From assembly GCA_946965045.2 (NCBI GenBank), contig OX337229.1, forward strand, positions 3,038,001 to 3,102,000: a stretch of DNA of 64,000 bases, given 5' to 3'. The translations under genes were made by a program, and so were the position numbers. Every line of letters begins with the position of its first letter. The stretch's first letter is position 1. Shown here in pieces: positions 32,674 through 43,324 of this stretch. The notes beneath the pieces were generated by a model. The model saw nothing but the letters and a program-made list of their open reading frames with translations. It had not been told where the DNA came from and did no database searches. The DNA is from Epithemia pelagica (Eukaryota > Protista > Bacillariophyta).

Positions 32674-34542
32674 TTAAGATGGATCAGCATGTGTATCAAG
32701 AGCTGTCAAGTGCTCTTTGGATGTTTGGCGACGAATTTCGGTGGAACTAATGTCTACCCGGAAATCATCGAGCAAGGAAAAGTTGTCTTTCAAATCGTCC
32801 GGAAGTTGATCCACATCTGCTTGCCCACTCACAAAGACGGGATGTTCCGTGTCACCGCCTACCCCTTTCTTTTGTTCAACCCGTCCTCCAACTACAAAAT
32901 GACAGGGCATGGACCGCAGAGCAGCAAACATGTTGTCACGTGAGTTGTCGTAGTATTTGGGATTCAAGATACGAACCAGGGTATCGGTTCCAATCACAAA
33001 ATTCAAACTTGGAAGAACTTCTTCCTTTTCGTCGTTGTACGAGCGAGAAACTTGCAGAGGATGCAAGAGATCCACTTTTTGCTTGAAGAGCGGAGCATTG
33101 GTCAAAAGAATTCCCCAATGGACCGGCATTTCCTCCCGCAATCTCAAAAAGGCAGTCAGCCGCTCGACGACATCATCAATTTGCAAGGGCGGCTTATCAG
33201 CATTCGTCAGTGACAACTCAAACCAAACAATTTCACAATCAACCTTTTTAAGAGCGGCCTTGGCAAGCTGGATATGGCCCTTGTGAGGTGGAAAAAAGCT
33301 TCCTGGAAATACAACCGAGAGGGGTGGTAATACGGTCCGTTCGATAATTTGAAAATCTGACGATCCTCCTACATTGTCCGCTTTATTGGCATCCTTTTTG
33401 GCGAGGAGCATGACTGATTCTTGTTTCCCATCCAGGATCAGCTCGGCCGCTTTGCTCAAGACATCTGGTGTCGTGGTCGGTTGCTGGAGAGATGCCGTAA
33501 TACCAATCTCATCGCCTCTCTTGGTTGTGGCACGTTCATCAATCATTAAGGGTCCATTTCCATTCGTTGTCAAAGACGCAAACTTTCTCCGCATATCGAG
33601 TGCACATTCGAGAGTGGCCAAAATACAATGCGCCACAAAGACATCTTCTTCCATCCGCGTTCGATCGGCGTCCGTGCCAGTTTTGGCCAAGCGGGCATGA
33701 AAGGTGATTTTGTACGAGTCACTGGTCGTGACAGTCACGTAGGCTCTACTGCGCTTTTGTGTTCCATCGTTGGAACTCAAGGCCGATGCAGCTCCAATCC
33801 CCACAGCATTGGCCAAGTTGCTCGTGGGATGGTGGCCATATCGTGGATCGGCGGCGGCCGCCAAGGACAAGGCTTGTTGGAGGGCAGCATCCGAAGCGTA
33901 CTCCGACGATTCCACGGACGCGTATCGAAAGGATTCCCCGGGCAAGGTTCGTCGTACAAAACGACGGTACGATTCGCGATCGTACAATATACTCCCCTTG
34001 AGTAAAATTTTGGAAGCGCCGGGTGTCGATGCCAATGTACTCAAAAAATGACCTCCTCCACCAGCTACAGCCAGAGAGAGTCGGCACATTTGTCCGTAGT
34101 TCTCGACAAATTGTTGAATGCGTTTCTGGAGGTTCTCCAGAGATGAAGATTCCAGGTCCTCTGTGATGGAGGAAAGCGTAGTTACAGACATGGCGATGCT
34201 AGATGAGGCCGCTACTCTCGAGAAAAGCTGTTCCTTCAATCGAAAGAGACTGTTTTGACGTAAGTCTTTTGATGAACGACAAACGAGGTTTCGAGTGAGA
34301 TGGATCGAAGCAAAGGCTGTGTTCATGCACGCGTGTTGTTTCTGATAAGAATTCTGGAACAGGGGGCGATAGTGAGGAGAAGTTTGTTTCCCAGATGATT
34401 GCGCAGACACGACAAGAAGTAAAAGTATAAGCCACGTTGAGTATGATGCTCGTTCTCGGAGATTGGATGGAAACCAGTTTCGTAATCGGTGGACCTCCTT
34501 CACAATGGGCCAACTCTTCTTCATGGTTGTCTGACACCACAC
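32674..34542 (-). CDS. CinA/PncC-like domain fused to a HxGH nucleotidyltransferase (NMNAT/NadD-like) domain
   Basis: LAVAGGGG..LASTPGASKILL.G.ILY (CinA-like). FPGSF.PPHKGH, ELSLTNADKP, FVIGTDT..R...PKYY and DISSTEIR (cytidylyltransferase superfamily). True start uncertain. Confidence 0.8.
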   Translation of the reverse strand: MWCQTTMKKSWPIVKEVHRLRNWFPSNLRERASYSTWLILLLLVVSAQSSGKQTSPHYRPLFQNSYQKQHACMNTAFASIHLTRNLVCRSSKDLRQNSLFRLKEQLFSRVAASSSIAMSVTTLSSITEDLESSSLENLQKRIQQFVENYGQMCRLSLAVAGGGGHFLSTLASTPGASKILLKGSILYDRESYRRFVRRTLPGESFRYASVESSEYASDAALQQALSLAAAADPRYGHHPTSNLANAVGIGAASALSSNDGTQKRSRAYVTVTTSDSYKITFHARLAKTGTDADRTRMEEDVFVAHCILATLECALDMRRKFASLTTNGNGPLMIDERATTKRGDEIGITASLQQPTTTPDVLSKAAELILDGKQESVMLLAKKDANKADNVGGSSDFQIIERTVLPPLSVVFPGSFFPPHKGHIQLAKAALKKVDCEIVWFELSLTNADKPPLQIDDVVERLTAFLRLREEMPVHWGILLTNAPLFKQKVDLLHPLQVSRSYNDEKEEVLPSLNFVIGTDTLVRILNPKYYDNSRDNMFAALRSMPCHFVVGGRVEQKKGVGGDTEHPVFVSGQADVDQLPDDLKDNFSLLDDFRVDISSTEIRRQTSKEHLTALDTHADPS

Positions 34543-35001
34543 GAGAAAGAAAGGCCGAACAGAAACGCACTAATCTCCAGCGTCCAACATTTTGGACGCG
34601 GGGGTGTGGTGGTTCGACGGCAGACAGACGACGGAAGGAGGATCACACAGACGCGCTTCTTCTTGTGGTTTTCTGTGGAGCGAACGACAATCGCAACGGC
34701 GACGACAAATGGACGACAGACAGCTGTGGGGATGAGAGGTTGTTGTTGTTCTATTATAGAGCCAGTTTGTCTTGCTGAACAAAGCGGAAGTCGAAGGCTT
34801 TCCGGAGAAGGCGAGAGTCACTCCAACAGACCTCAACGATCAGCTTCCATTGATCCGTTGCCGGTCGTCTGACGCCAATCGCACTGCGTGATTTATCGGG
34901 GATTGAACGACCCAAACTCCTGTTGAGTAAAGGTTGTGTCGGCCGCGCCGCATAGCCATCGGAATCTCAGCTGCGCGTTACGTTGCAAAAGTCACGCAGT
35001 C

Positions 35002-38000
35002 ATGAATCATACAGGTCCACGGCCAGGGCCAAATCAGACTGGAGCCTACAATGGTAGCAATCCTGCTCCTGGTGCGTCGTCGACCATGGTAACTCCTGAA
35101 CCAGAACTGGACTTTTCTGCTTGGTATCAGATGACGCGTACGTTGGCACATTATGAACGCTTAGAGCAGATCGGTGAAGGCACATACGGGCAAGTATATC
35201 GTGCTCGATGCAAAGATACTGGACGGATTGTCGCAATGAAAAAAATGCGCATCCACCATGGCGGATATTGGGGAATGCCATTGCAGCTTATTCGAGAAAT
35301 TAAAATCTTGAAACGTTTACATCATCCTCGTCTCCTTTCCATGATTGAAGTGGTGACCAGCAAAGGTGTAGAGCATTTAGATACGGATGATCCACCCCTC
35401 AAATCCGTGGGAGGTGGTGCTGGACCGGCCGCCGCGGCCGATCAGCCCGTCTCGGACAAAGCATCCGATGCCCGTGAAGCGTACAAGGGCAATCTATTTC
35501 TGGTATTGGAATATGTTGAGCATGATCTAACAGGGCTTTTGGATGTTGCCTATCACTTTGAAGAAGTCCAAATCAAAAGCGTCTTCAAGCAACTCTTGGA
35601 AGCGCTCGCCTTTATGCACGAAAACAAGTACGTGCATCGCGACATCAAGTCGTCCAACATTTTGTTGGACTCACACTTTCGTCTCAAGCTGGCTGATTTT
35701 GGTCTGGCTCGATGCATTGAGCCGTCCATCCTGGAACAAATGCAAAGCAACAACTCTTCGTCTGTGTCGTCATCCAACGACTTAACCAACAAAGTCATTA
35801 CACTGTGGTATCGACCACCGGAAATATTGTTGGGTGCGTGTCAGTATGGACCAGCAGTCGATGTGTGGAGTGCGGGGTGTATCTTGGCAGAGCTTTTGTT
35901 GGGGAAACCGCTCTTTGCGGGAAAGTCAGAACTGGAAACCTTGAATCTCATTATTGACCTTCTGGGGACTCCAACTTCGGAAAGTTGGGAGTTTTTTGAA
36001 CGCATGAAAAAAGCCAAACCGCTGTCGTCACAGAGTGCCCCTCCTCTGGATTTGCCATCAATTCGAAAGGATACGCCTCCCACATCGAGTCGCTTGAGAG
36101 ACAAGTACCATGCCAAAGTGGGTGGTCCTGCCCTGAATCTGTTGGAAAAGTTGTTGGAATGGGATCCGCGCAAACGCTTGACCGCCGCCAATGCTTTGCA
36201 ACACTCGTATTTTTGGAAAGCACCAGCCGCCCCTGACGATCCCACTCAACTAGGGCGGTTGGAGGTTGGACCCATGGGTCATTTTCACGAGTTTCAAACA
36301 AAAAAGAAACGCAAAGAAGCCAAGGCAGCGGCGGAAAAAGCTCGCAACGATGCACGTACTGGGGGCGCCACAGAAAAGGAAGCTGATGCCGAATACGATA
36401 AAGTTTACACGAGTATCATGAAAAAGGTTGCTCAGGATGGTATTGGTCCAGCTCCTGGCAATGGAGCCGAAAAGGCGACTGAAACCTCGGGTGATGTCCT
36501 AGATCAACCAATGGAAGAATCTCGTCAGCAAGGTGCTGCATCCAATGAAGCAGCTGTCAAAGGAGAACCTGTTTCACGTATTTCTGCAGATAACGATGGA
36601 GAATATGCTGGGAGAGAGCGCGATGGTTCAAGTAGGACTGGAGGTCGATCACGCCGTGATGGAAGGCCAGACAAAAGTAGTAGTCGCGGTGATCATCATC
36701 GACGCCGAGACGACCATCGTGGAGATCGCGAGGAGTACCGAAGAGACCGCGATCGTGAAGATTATCGAAGAGAAGATCGACGGGATCGCGAAGACCATCG
36801 AAGAGATCGTGAGAATCGACGGGATCGAGGAGATAGTCGTAGGGATCGGAGGAGAGATGATCGAAGGGATCGAGACAGAGGTGGGCGCCACGACCGTAGG
36901 GACAAAGAAGAACACGATGATCGTAAACAGAGAGACGACGAAAGGAGATCACGTGAACAGGCTGCTGATTCTGTGGATGTGCCAAATGACGGGAAGGAAT
37001 TCACCAATAAAGAGTCCAGAGAAGATAGGAAAGCCCACGAAAAGAATGACGAACCAAAGCGAGGGGACTCAGATGGTCGGAGTAAAGCAAATAACGAGAC
37101 GAATCAAGGTGAAACACAGATGGACCAGGATGCAGTTCCATCAGAAGGCGTCACCGAACCTGGTGAAGAAAAGGATGTTAAAAGAAAAGATGAAGATACC
37201 AGTGATCATCGACAAGGTGACGAAAAACAGAGGCGACCGAGGGAGGAACCTGGTCGAGACGACTTCAACCGTGAAAAGGATTCTCAGCGTGCTTTTGAAG
37301 AGTCGGATCGTCGTCAAGTGAAAGTGGGGTTCGACGACAGATCGAAAGGCGACCATGATCGTAGATACAATGATCGCAATGACAGGAGACCGAAAGGCGA
37401 CAGAGACTACAGTCGCAGAGATAGGGATGGATATGGAGACTTTCGAAACAGAGACCGTGGGGAACCTCGAGATCGGGATCGAAGCAGTCGTCGGGATGAT
37501 CGGTTCCATAGAGATGATGATGATCGCCGCATGAGACGCGAAGGAGATGATCGGAGGAGGTATCGCGAAAGAGACGAAGACTCACACAAGCGTCGACGCC
37601 GTGACGAGGAAGGTTCTGAAAGGAGTCGAAAGAAACGAAGTGTAGATCGTCCTTCAATGGACGAAGATGACCGTTCTCTCGGGGACCGTGATAAGTCTCG
37701 TTCTCAGAAAAGTTCTCAAGAATCTAGTGAAAAAACGGATCAAGCGGGAGCTCAGGAACAACGGGGTGAGGCGGATGGCCGGAAATCGGAGGCACTCCCA
37801 GGCCCGTCGACGAAGATTGACAAAGAGCATGACGATCGACCAAAAAAGGATGAACAAGATACTAAATCAGATGAAGTAAAACGAGAGCCGATGGAAGAGG
37901 ACACAAAGAGAGATATTGGCGACGGTCGCAACGCTGAAGATCCTCACGATGACGATCGAGGCAGCAGATCTCGAAGTGACCGATCCGACCGTGGAAGTGA

Positions 38001-38829
38001 TGGGCGAAGATCAAGCGACCGACGCGAACGATCAGGTAGAGGGGAAGATCGAGAACGCAGTAGTCGACGTGATGAAGATCGCGACTATCGCCGGAGATCG
38101 AAGGGAGACCGTCATCGAGGTGATAAAGATCGACGCGGAGGTGATCGGAGCAGTCGAAGCGACAGAGGAAGCAGAGGAGAGCGTGATGATGACGATGATA
38201 GGGAGAGATATCGTTCGTCTCGCCGCCGCCGATCTCCCAGTTTTGACAGGGACGACCGAGACTGGAGAGATCGTCATCCTCGTGACGGTCCAGATCGGCC
38301 TCGCCAGTACTATCCTCACGACGACGGCCATCCGGATGGTCCTCCAAATTACCGAGAAGGTCGAAACATGGGTCCACCTCCCCCTCGCGGACGCGATGGC
38401 AGAGTGGGACGAGACGATGGACCCTCACCGCGTTCATTTAACCGAGAGGGCGAAGGGCCTCCTTCTTCTCGGGATGGAGACCGCGACGGGTTCCAACGTG
38501 GACCACCAGGTCGAGGTAGTGGCAATGCAATGGGCCCCAGGGACGGGCGCCCGGGGAACTGGGATGGTCCTCGCTTCCGTGGCGGCGAGGACGGTTCGTC
38601 GGGTAGACGCAGTCCTAACCGTGATGGAGGTGGTCGGCACGGACCCCCGGATGGAAGGTATGACAATGGTTTGCCAAGACAGACTGCACGAAGTGGGGAC
38701 TATTACGGTAACCGAGGACCGCCATCTTCTGCGTCATCTCGAGAGGATGGACGACCACGGAGCGGGGAAGGGCGAGGAGATCCATACGCCCGTCGACCCC
38801 CACGTCGAGGAGACTTTGGTCGTCGTTAA
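35002..38829 (+). CDS. CDKC/CDK9/CDK12-type cyclin-dependent kinase with very long Arg/Asp/Glu/Gly-rich C-terminal tail
   Basis: IGEGTYGQVY, AMKK, PLQLIREIKIL, HRDIKSSNILL, DFGLAR, TNKVITLWYRPPEILLG and DVWSAGCI motifs; ~780 aa of RD/RE/RG low complexity after the kinase. Confidence 0.9.
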   Translation: MNHTGPRPGPNQTGAYNGSNPAPGASSTMVTPEPELDFSAWYQMTRTLAHYERLEQIGEGTYGQVYRARCKDTGRIVAMKKMRIHHGGYWGMPLQLIREIKILKRLHHPRLLSMIEVVTSKGVEHLDTDDPPLKSVGGGAGPAAAADQPVSDKASDAREAYKGNLFLVLEYVEHDLTGLLDVAYHFEEVQIKSVFKQLLEALAFMHENKYVHRDIKSSNILLDSHFRLKLADFGLARCIEPSILEQMQSNNSSSVSSSNDLTNKVITLWYRPPEILLGACQYGPAVDVWSAGCILAELLLGKPLFAGKSELETLNLIIDLLGTPTSESWEFFERMKKAKPLSSQSAPPLDLPSIRKDTPPTSSRLRDKYHAKVGGPALNLLEKLLEWDPRKRLTAANALQHSYFWKAPAAPDDPTQLGRLEVGPMGHFHEFQTKKKRKEAKAAAEKARNDARTGGATEKEADAEYDKVYTSIMKKVAQDGIGPAPGNGAEKATETSGDVLDQPMEESRQQGAASNEAAVKGEPVSRISADNDGEYAGRERDGSSRTGGRSRRDGRPDKSSSRGDHHRRRDDHRGDREEYRRDRDREDYRREDRRDREDHRRDRENRRDRGDSRRDRRRDDRRDRDRGGRHDRRDKEEHDDRKQRDDERRSREQAADSVDVPNDGKEFTNKESREDRKAHEKNDEPKRGDSDGRSKANNETNQGETQMDQDAVPSEGVTEPGEEKDVKRKDEDTSDHRQGDEKQRRPREEPGRDDFNREKDSQRAFEESDRRQVKVGFDDRSKGDHDRRYNDRNDRRPKGDRDYSRRDRDGYGDFRNRDRGEPRDRDRSSRRDDRFHRDDDDRRMRREGDDRRRYRERDEDSHKRRRRDEEGSERSRKKRSVDRPSMDEDDRSLGDRDKSRSQKSSQESSEKTDQAGAQEQRGEADGRKSEALPGPSTKIDKEHDDRPKKDEQDTKSDEVKREPMEEDTKRDIGDGRNAEDPHDDDRGSRSRSDRSDRGSDGRRSSDRRERSGRGEDRERSSRRDEDRDYRRRSKGDRHRGDKDRRGGDRSSRSDRGSRGERDDDDDRERYRSSRRRRSPSFDRDDRDWRDRHPRDGPDRPRQYYPHDDGHPDGPPNYREGRNMGPPPPRGRDGRVGRDDGPSPRSFNREGEGPPSSRDGDRDGFQRGPPGRGSGNAMGPRDGRPGNWDGPRFRGGEDGSSGRRSPNRDGGGRHGPPDGRYDNGLPRQTARSGDYYGNRGPPSSASSREDGRPRSGEGRGDPYARRPPRRGDFGRR

Positions 38830-39023
38830 ACGCCGCGACGGTGTGCTTGCGATAGTGGAAGGGTTCTCCGAACGCACTTCAACTCACTCTACGATTATCA
38901 AAATCTTCAAGATGTTACATAAATGCGGATGTCTCGTCTATTGATAGCAGTGTTTGGTTACATACTATTTTTGGCACATTGAAGAAGTAAGACTGCCTGT
39001 TCACGGCTTGGTCTTCTTCGCTA

Positions 39024-39878
39024 CTATGTGGATGCGAGAGATGAATTGAAGGGATGAGAGCATTGCAGAAGGTGTTGCTTCAGCGTGGGAAGATTGCGTT
39101 GTGCTTGTCCACATTTGAAGCAGCGCAAAGGTTGTTTGAGTTTGTCTTCCTCTTTCTGTACATTGATGGGATGAATGGATCCGGTCTGAAGCAATTCCTG
39201 TTCGACTTGATCGGCGTTGACAAAGAAGCTAGTCGTAAAGCTATTGTAATGTTTTTTGTTTTTGAGGCATGGTGAATCAAGGTCGGTGCTTATAATATGC
39301 AAGTGCAAGTCGTCCATGGACGGCACAGCGTGATATCCCATTCGAAACAACTCGCTTTGTTCGACAGACGTTGAGTCTTGGTAGAGGTTATGATATTCGG
39401 TTGTCAAATGGTGGATGAGTTTGCGGGTAGTCGCATGACACTTTTGGATTTGAGGGTAATGCAGTTCTCTCCTCAAATCAGCAATGGACCGAATCTTGCC
39501 AGAATTTTGTCTGCGCTCGGTCGTTGAAATCTTTTCTAATCCCCGAGGGAGAAGCAAGAGATGCATACGAGCTTTGGGATATCCATCGTAAATCACGACA
39601 CAATTCTCGTCTTGGTAATACACGTTGTCTTGTAACGATGGTGGTAAGGGTGACTTGCCCTTATCATCATCCTCTTTCAAATACACTTGCAACGCGTCTT
39701 GCCATTTCCCGCCGATCGCCGCTGCAGTACGGGATGGTTTCCCCGGAAAGCGATAGGGACGAGGAGAAAATTTCATTTCTACCAACGATATTTCAGGTTG
39801 TTCTGTAGTAAGATATTCTTGCTCTGAAGGTGGTGTAGTTTCTTTGAGCTTTTTGAGCGGACGTTCGGCTGCTGCCAT
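39024..39878 (-). CDS. APTX: Aprataxin-like HIT protein with C-terminal zinc finger
   Basis: YDGYPKARMHLLLLP, GYHAVPSMDDLHLHIISTDLDSPCLKNKKHYNSF and C2H-type finger LRCFKC...LPTLKQHL. Start at 39878 (MAAAERPLKK) is inferred. Confidence 0.88.
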   Translation of the reverse strand: MAAAERPLKKLKETTPPSEQEYLTTEQPEISLVEMKFSPRPYRFPGKPSRTAAAIGGKWQDALQVYLKEDDDKGKSPLPPSLQDNVYYQDENCVVIYDGYPKARMHLLLLPRGLEKISTTERRQNSGKIRSIADLRRELHYPQIQKCHATTRKLIHHLTTEYHNLYQDSTSVEQSELFRMGYHAVPSMDDLHLHIISTDLDSPCLKNKKHYNSFTTSFFVNADQVEQELLQTGSIHPINVQKEEDKLKQPLRCFKCGQAQRNLPTLKQHLLQCSHPFNSSLAST

Positions 39879-40046
39879 GGTCAGAGATAAGATTTCTATA
39901 GTTTGAGGCGACAGAAGACTTGCTTCCAGAAAAGGCGACCATTTCTGACGTAGATCGCGGATGGATCGCCAACATTCTGTGTGACTCATCGTCTCATCAT
40001 TCGCACACACAGGTTTTCGACCAGAACAAAAAAACCACAAACCTTG

Positions 40047-41726
40047 ATGATGACAATGGACGACACAGATGATGCCAGCAAGGATGCCAGAGTCGAGGAT
40101 GAACACGGGTTCAGATCCAGTCCAATCGAAGAGATGGCTGCTTCCTCTTCACCTATATCCATGACGAATTGGATACGACCGGGATTTATTTTTGGTTGTA
40201 TTTTTGTGTGGTTGTCCATTACGGGGGGCCGATTTCTCGCACCCTTTCTGGAACAAGAAGTGGGCATGACACCCAAAACGATTGGCCTTTGTTTGGCAGG
40301 ACAATCCGTTATCACGACACTTGGTGGATTCATAATAGGACCTTGGGCTGATCGACGCGAAGCACGGTATCCAGGACGGGGTCGGACACAAATCATGGCA
40401 CTTGGTGTATTGGTTGGTACCGCATGCAGTCTGTTACACAGTGTGCCACATCTTCTGCCTCACGCACCACCCAACGAATCACCTTCAAATGACCAGCAAC
40501 CACAATCGCCAGCGAACCAAGCAGAATCTTTTGCATCCAGTGGTCTGTTTTCTTTCACCTCCTACCATTTCGCTTTGCGCATGTTGTATGCGGCCTGTGT
40601 TTGTTGTATCTTTCCAGTGATTGATGCTGTGACTCTTCAGTATCTGGAAAATCATCCTCAGATGTCGAAAGATGATTACGGACGAGAAAGATTATTCGGA
40701 GCCGTTGGATGGGCAATCACCCATCTCGGCTATGCCGTTCTGATCGACTGGTTTGGATTCCAAGTCACCTATCCCCTCACACTCATCTCCGTGGTTGTGG
40801 CGTTGTTGGCAATCTACATTTACACACGTCAAGAAATGCACGACCGTAAAAAATTCTTGGTCAAGAGAAAAAGTGACATTATGTTGCCCGACGATCCACA
40901 GGATATTTCACCCTCACAAGAGGTGGATTCTTCTGCTCCAGAAGTGGCACAACAACATGCAGACGAGTCAATACTTCCTCGAGGCACTTGGATTCTTCGA
41001 CTATTCTTTGGAACTTACTTCTCGACTGCCTTCATGATCTGTTTGTTCCTATTGTCATTCGGTCAAGTGCTAGTCGATTCCTTGGTGTTCCTATTCTTTG
41101 AAACGTTGGAAAGTTCTTACACCATGATGGGTTTCACAGTGATTCTCACGGTAGCGTTTGAAATCCCCATTTTCCAAGTGGCTCCAACCTTGCTTGAACG
41201 CAGCAATGCGAGTACGTTGCTTTTGGTAGCATGTGTGTCCTACATTGTGCGTGTCTTGGGATACGCAGCGATTCCAAAGGGTCACATTGCTTATGTACTC
41301 GTCTTGGAACCTTTACATGGTGTCACATATGCTTGTACTCATACAGCTGCTGTTGATACTGCCGCGCGATATTCCCCTGTTGGTTGGGAGGCCACTGGAC
41401 AGGGCCTGATTTCCATGGTACGAGGGGCAGGGTCATTTCTGGGTCTCTTATACGGAGGATGGGCGGTTCAGCATCAGGGTGGCCGAGTCATGTACGAAAT
41501 CAGTTCATGCCTCGTATCTTTTGGAGTCCTTTGCTTGGGTATGGGATATTACTTTCAGACACCAGAAACATCCGCGCCAGCTGCGGTTCAGTCATCATCT
41601 GTTGGTGGGTCTCAGTACTCTGGACTTCAGCAACAAGAGGAGGGCGATTCAGAAACATTTGTCATTGATGACGACGACGACGAAGAAGAAGATTCATCAA
41701 GTGAACTCGAACTTAGACCTCTGTAA
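40047..41726 (+). CDS. Major facilitator superfamily transporter (MFSD6/LacY-like)
   Basis: About 12 hydrophobic segments; GPWADRR, YGRERLFGAVGW, VAFEIPIF and LEPLHGVT motifs. Confidence 0.88.
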   Translation: MMTMDDTDDASKDARVEDEHGFRSSPIEEMAASSSPISMTNWIRPGFIFGCIFVWLSITGGRFLAPFLEQEVGMTPKTIGLCLAGQSVITTLGGFIIGPWADRREARYPGRGRTQIMALGVLVGTACSLLHSVPHLLPHAPPNESPSNDQQPQSPANQAESFASSGLFSFTSYHFALRMLYAACVCCIFPVIDAVTLQYLENHPQMSKDDYGRERLFGAVGWAITHLGYAVLIDWFGFQVTYPLTLISVVVALLAIYIYTRQEMHDRKKFLVKRKSDIMLPDDPQDISPSQEVDSSAPEVAQQHADESILPRGTWILRLFFGTYFSTAFMICLFLLSFGQVLVDSLVFLFFETLESSYTMMGFTVILTVAFEIPIFQVAPTLLERSNASTLLLVACVSYIVRVLGYAAIPKGHIAYVLVLEPLHGVTYACTHTAAVDTAARYSPVGWEATGQGLISMVRGAGSFLGLLYGGWAVQHQGGRVMYEISSCLVSFGVLCLGMGYYFQTPETSAPAAVQSSSVGGSQYSGLQQQEEGDSETFVIDDDDDEEEDSSSELELRPL

Positions 41727-41739
41727 CGCATATCGTTCC

Positions 41740-43014
41740 TTACGTGTTGGATTCGATAGTCTCGAGATAGAGCGAAGCCAGGTGACGATTGAATTTCTGT
41801 GCTCTGCTTAGAAGGTGGGAATCTGGATCGAAGGCCATTTTCCCCTGTGACACCTTTTGTTTCCACTCTTGGTCTACCAATGACCAGTCCAAGAGGTCGT
41901 TATTTGAGTGCACGAATGAATCGCCGGCGTGATTCCCTGGTTCGTCGAGCCAAAAACCGTACTTGTCCAAGAGATCCAGAGACGTTTCCAAACCGGTACC
42001 ATATGTCATGGTCAATTCTTCTCCTGCAGCAATGTCTCGTGTCGCTCGCAAGGCAAACATGGAACACTCATCAGCTTCATCATCAGGGGTCTCAAAAACT
42101 TCCAATTCTACGTTGGCTTGGTTTACATCGGCGTGATTCACAAAGTCTACCAATGGAAGAAGAAAACAACGCTTTCGAAGATGTGATGATTTGCCTTCCC
42201 CATCACTGTGTTCATTTGTGTCTATTATCCGAAAAGTGCTAAAGCCACGTGTTCGAATTACCCAGGTGGCCCACTGCAGCAAAGCTGCTGGCGTTTGATC
42301 TCCAAAGATCTGGCTGGACACCATGTCTGCAACAGAAGTTGACATTTCTTGCACCATATGCTTTCGGAGCCATGTCGACTGACGCAGACGAGGGACAGGG
42401 ATTTCATCGATTTCCGGAATTTTCCAAAAATCAGGAGTGGTGACCTCATCCATTGAATCACCAACCCTTGGGAGGCTAGCAATGTAGGCCTGATAATATC
42501 CTTTGGTTTGAAGCATTTGTTGGATAAAGCTAAGTGCTTTCTCGATTTCATCACAGATCATAGACTCAGACGAATCAGTGCCTACGTCTTTATCGGAGGG
42601 ATCAGATGAATCTTGCACAAGAATGGCAGCTGAGAATGGGACGGCACAAATGTACTCGCCAACGGTCAAGTCCGTTGTTGTATAGAGACCACGAAGGGTT
42701 CTAGTAGAGCTGTCATCAGCACAGTGCCTGCTTCTCACCACCAAGGAATCCAAGCCTTCAACTTCCTCTTCTCTTAATGATTCAAACAACTGTTCAAGCG
42801 GTTTTGTAGCACCTGGCGACAAATCGTCGGCACCATCAAGGTGCCCTCTCGGATGCGAAGAGAACAAGCCAAACGAAAAGGGTTTAGACTTGAATTCATG
42901 TGATGCTTGGAAGGACTGAAATCCGCAGACCGACCACCGAGAGTAACAGCAAAGAAAGAGTAATAAGAGGATAATACTGGAGCAGTGATGGCCAGAGTTC
43001 ATCATCATCGACAC
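41740..43014 (-). CDS. SET-domain protein lysine methyltransferase (Rubisco LSMT-like), probably plastid-targeted
   Basis: RGLYTTTDL..GE.ICAVP, LLPLVDFVNH and LRATRDIAAGEELTMTYG motifs. N-terminal signal peptide ending VCG-FQ. Confidence 0.85.
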   Translation of the reverse strand: MSMMMNSGHHCSSIILLLLFLCCYSRWSVCGFQSFQASHEFKSKPFSFGLFSSHPRGHLDGADDLSPGATKPLEQLFESLREEEVEGLDSLVVRSRHCADDSSTRTLRGLYTTTDLTVGEYICAVPFSAAILVQDSSDPSDKDVGTDSSESMICDEIEKALSFIQQMLQTKGYYQAYIASLPRVGDSMDEVTTPDFWKIPEIDEIPVPRLRQSTWLRKHMVQEMSTSVADMVSSQIFGDQTPAALLQWATWVIRTRGFSTFRIIDTNEHSDGEGKSSHLRKRCFLLPLVDFVNHADVNQANVELEVFETPDDEADECSMFALRATRDIAAGEELTMTYGTGLETSLDLLDKYGFWLDEPGNHAGDSFVHSNNDLLDWSLVDQEWKQKVSQGKMAFDPDSHLLSRAQKFNRHLASLYLETIESNT

Positions 43015-43324
43015 ACACCCATCCCATCGTCCGAGCCAAAAACATGTGGTTCTGAAGTTTCCACATCTTCCCCAACCCCAGGTTCACTCCATCCTAGTTA
43101 CCACACTGTCCCGCGATCGACAAGTCAGACAGATCCAGAAACTATTGTAATAGTAGGTAAAAGTGTACACAATATTCCATAACATCGAGTTGAAACTAGC
43201 AGAAACTCCCAGAGAGTGATGCACATTGAGGTCGACGAAACAGCGAACAAGCACATACATACGCTCCCAAAAGAATAAAACTGGTCGACTTGACATCACC
43301 TTGTCGTCCTTTGTCTTGAGCATC

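Noticed and set aside
36533-38944. Long alternative-frame ORFs (262 aa, 342 aa and others) within the CDK tail
   Set aside because: Shadow frames produced by repetitive GAT/CGA codons of the RD-rich tail.
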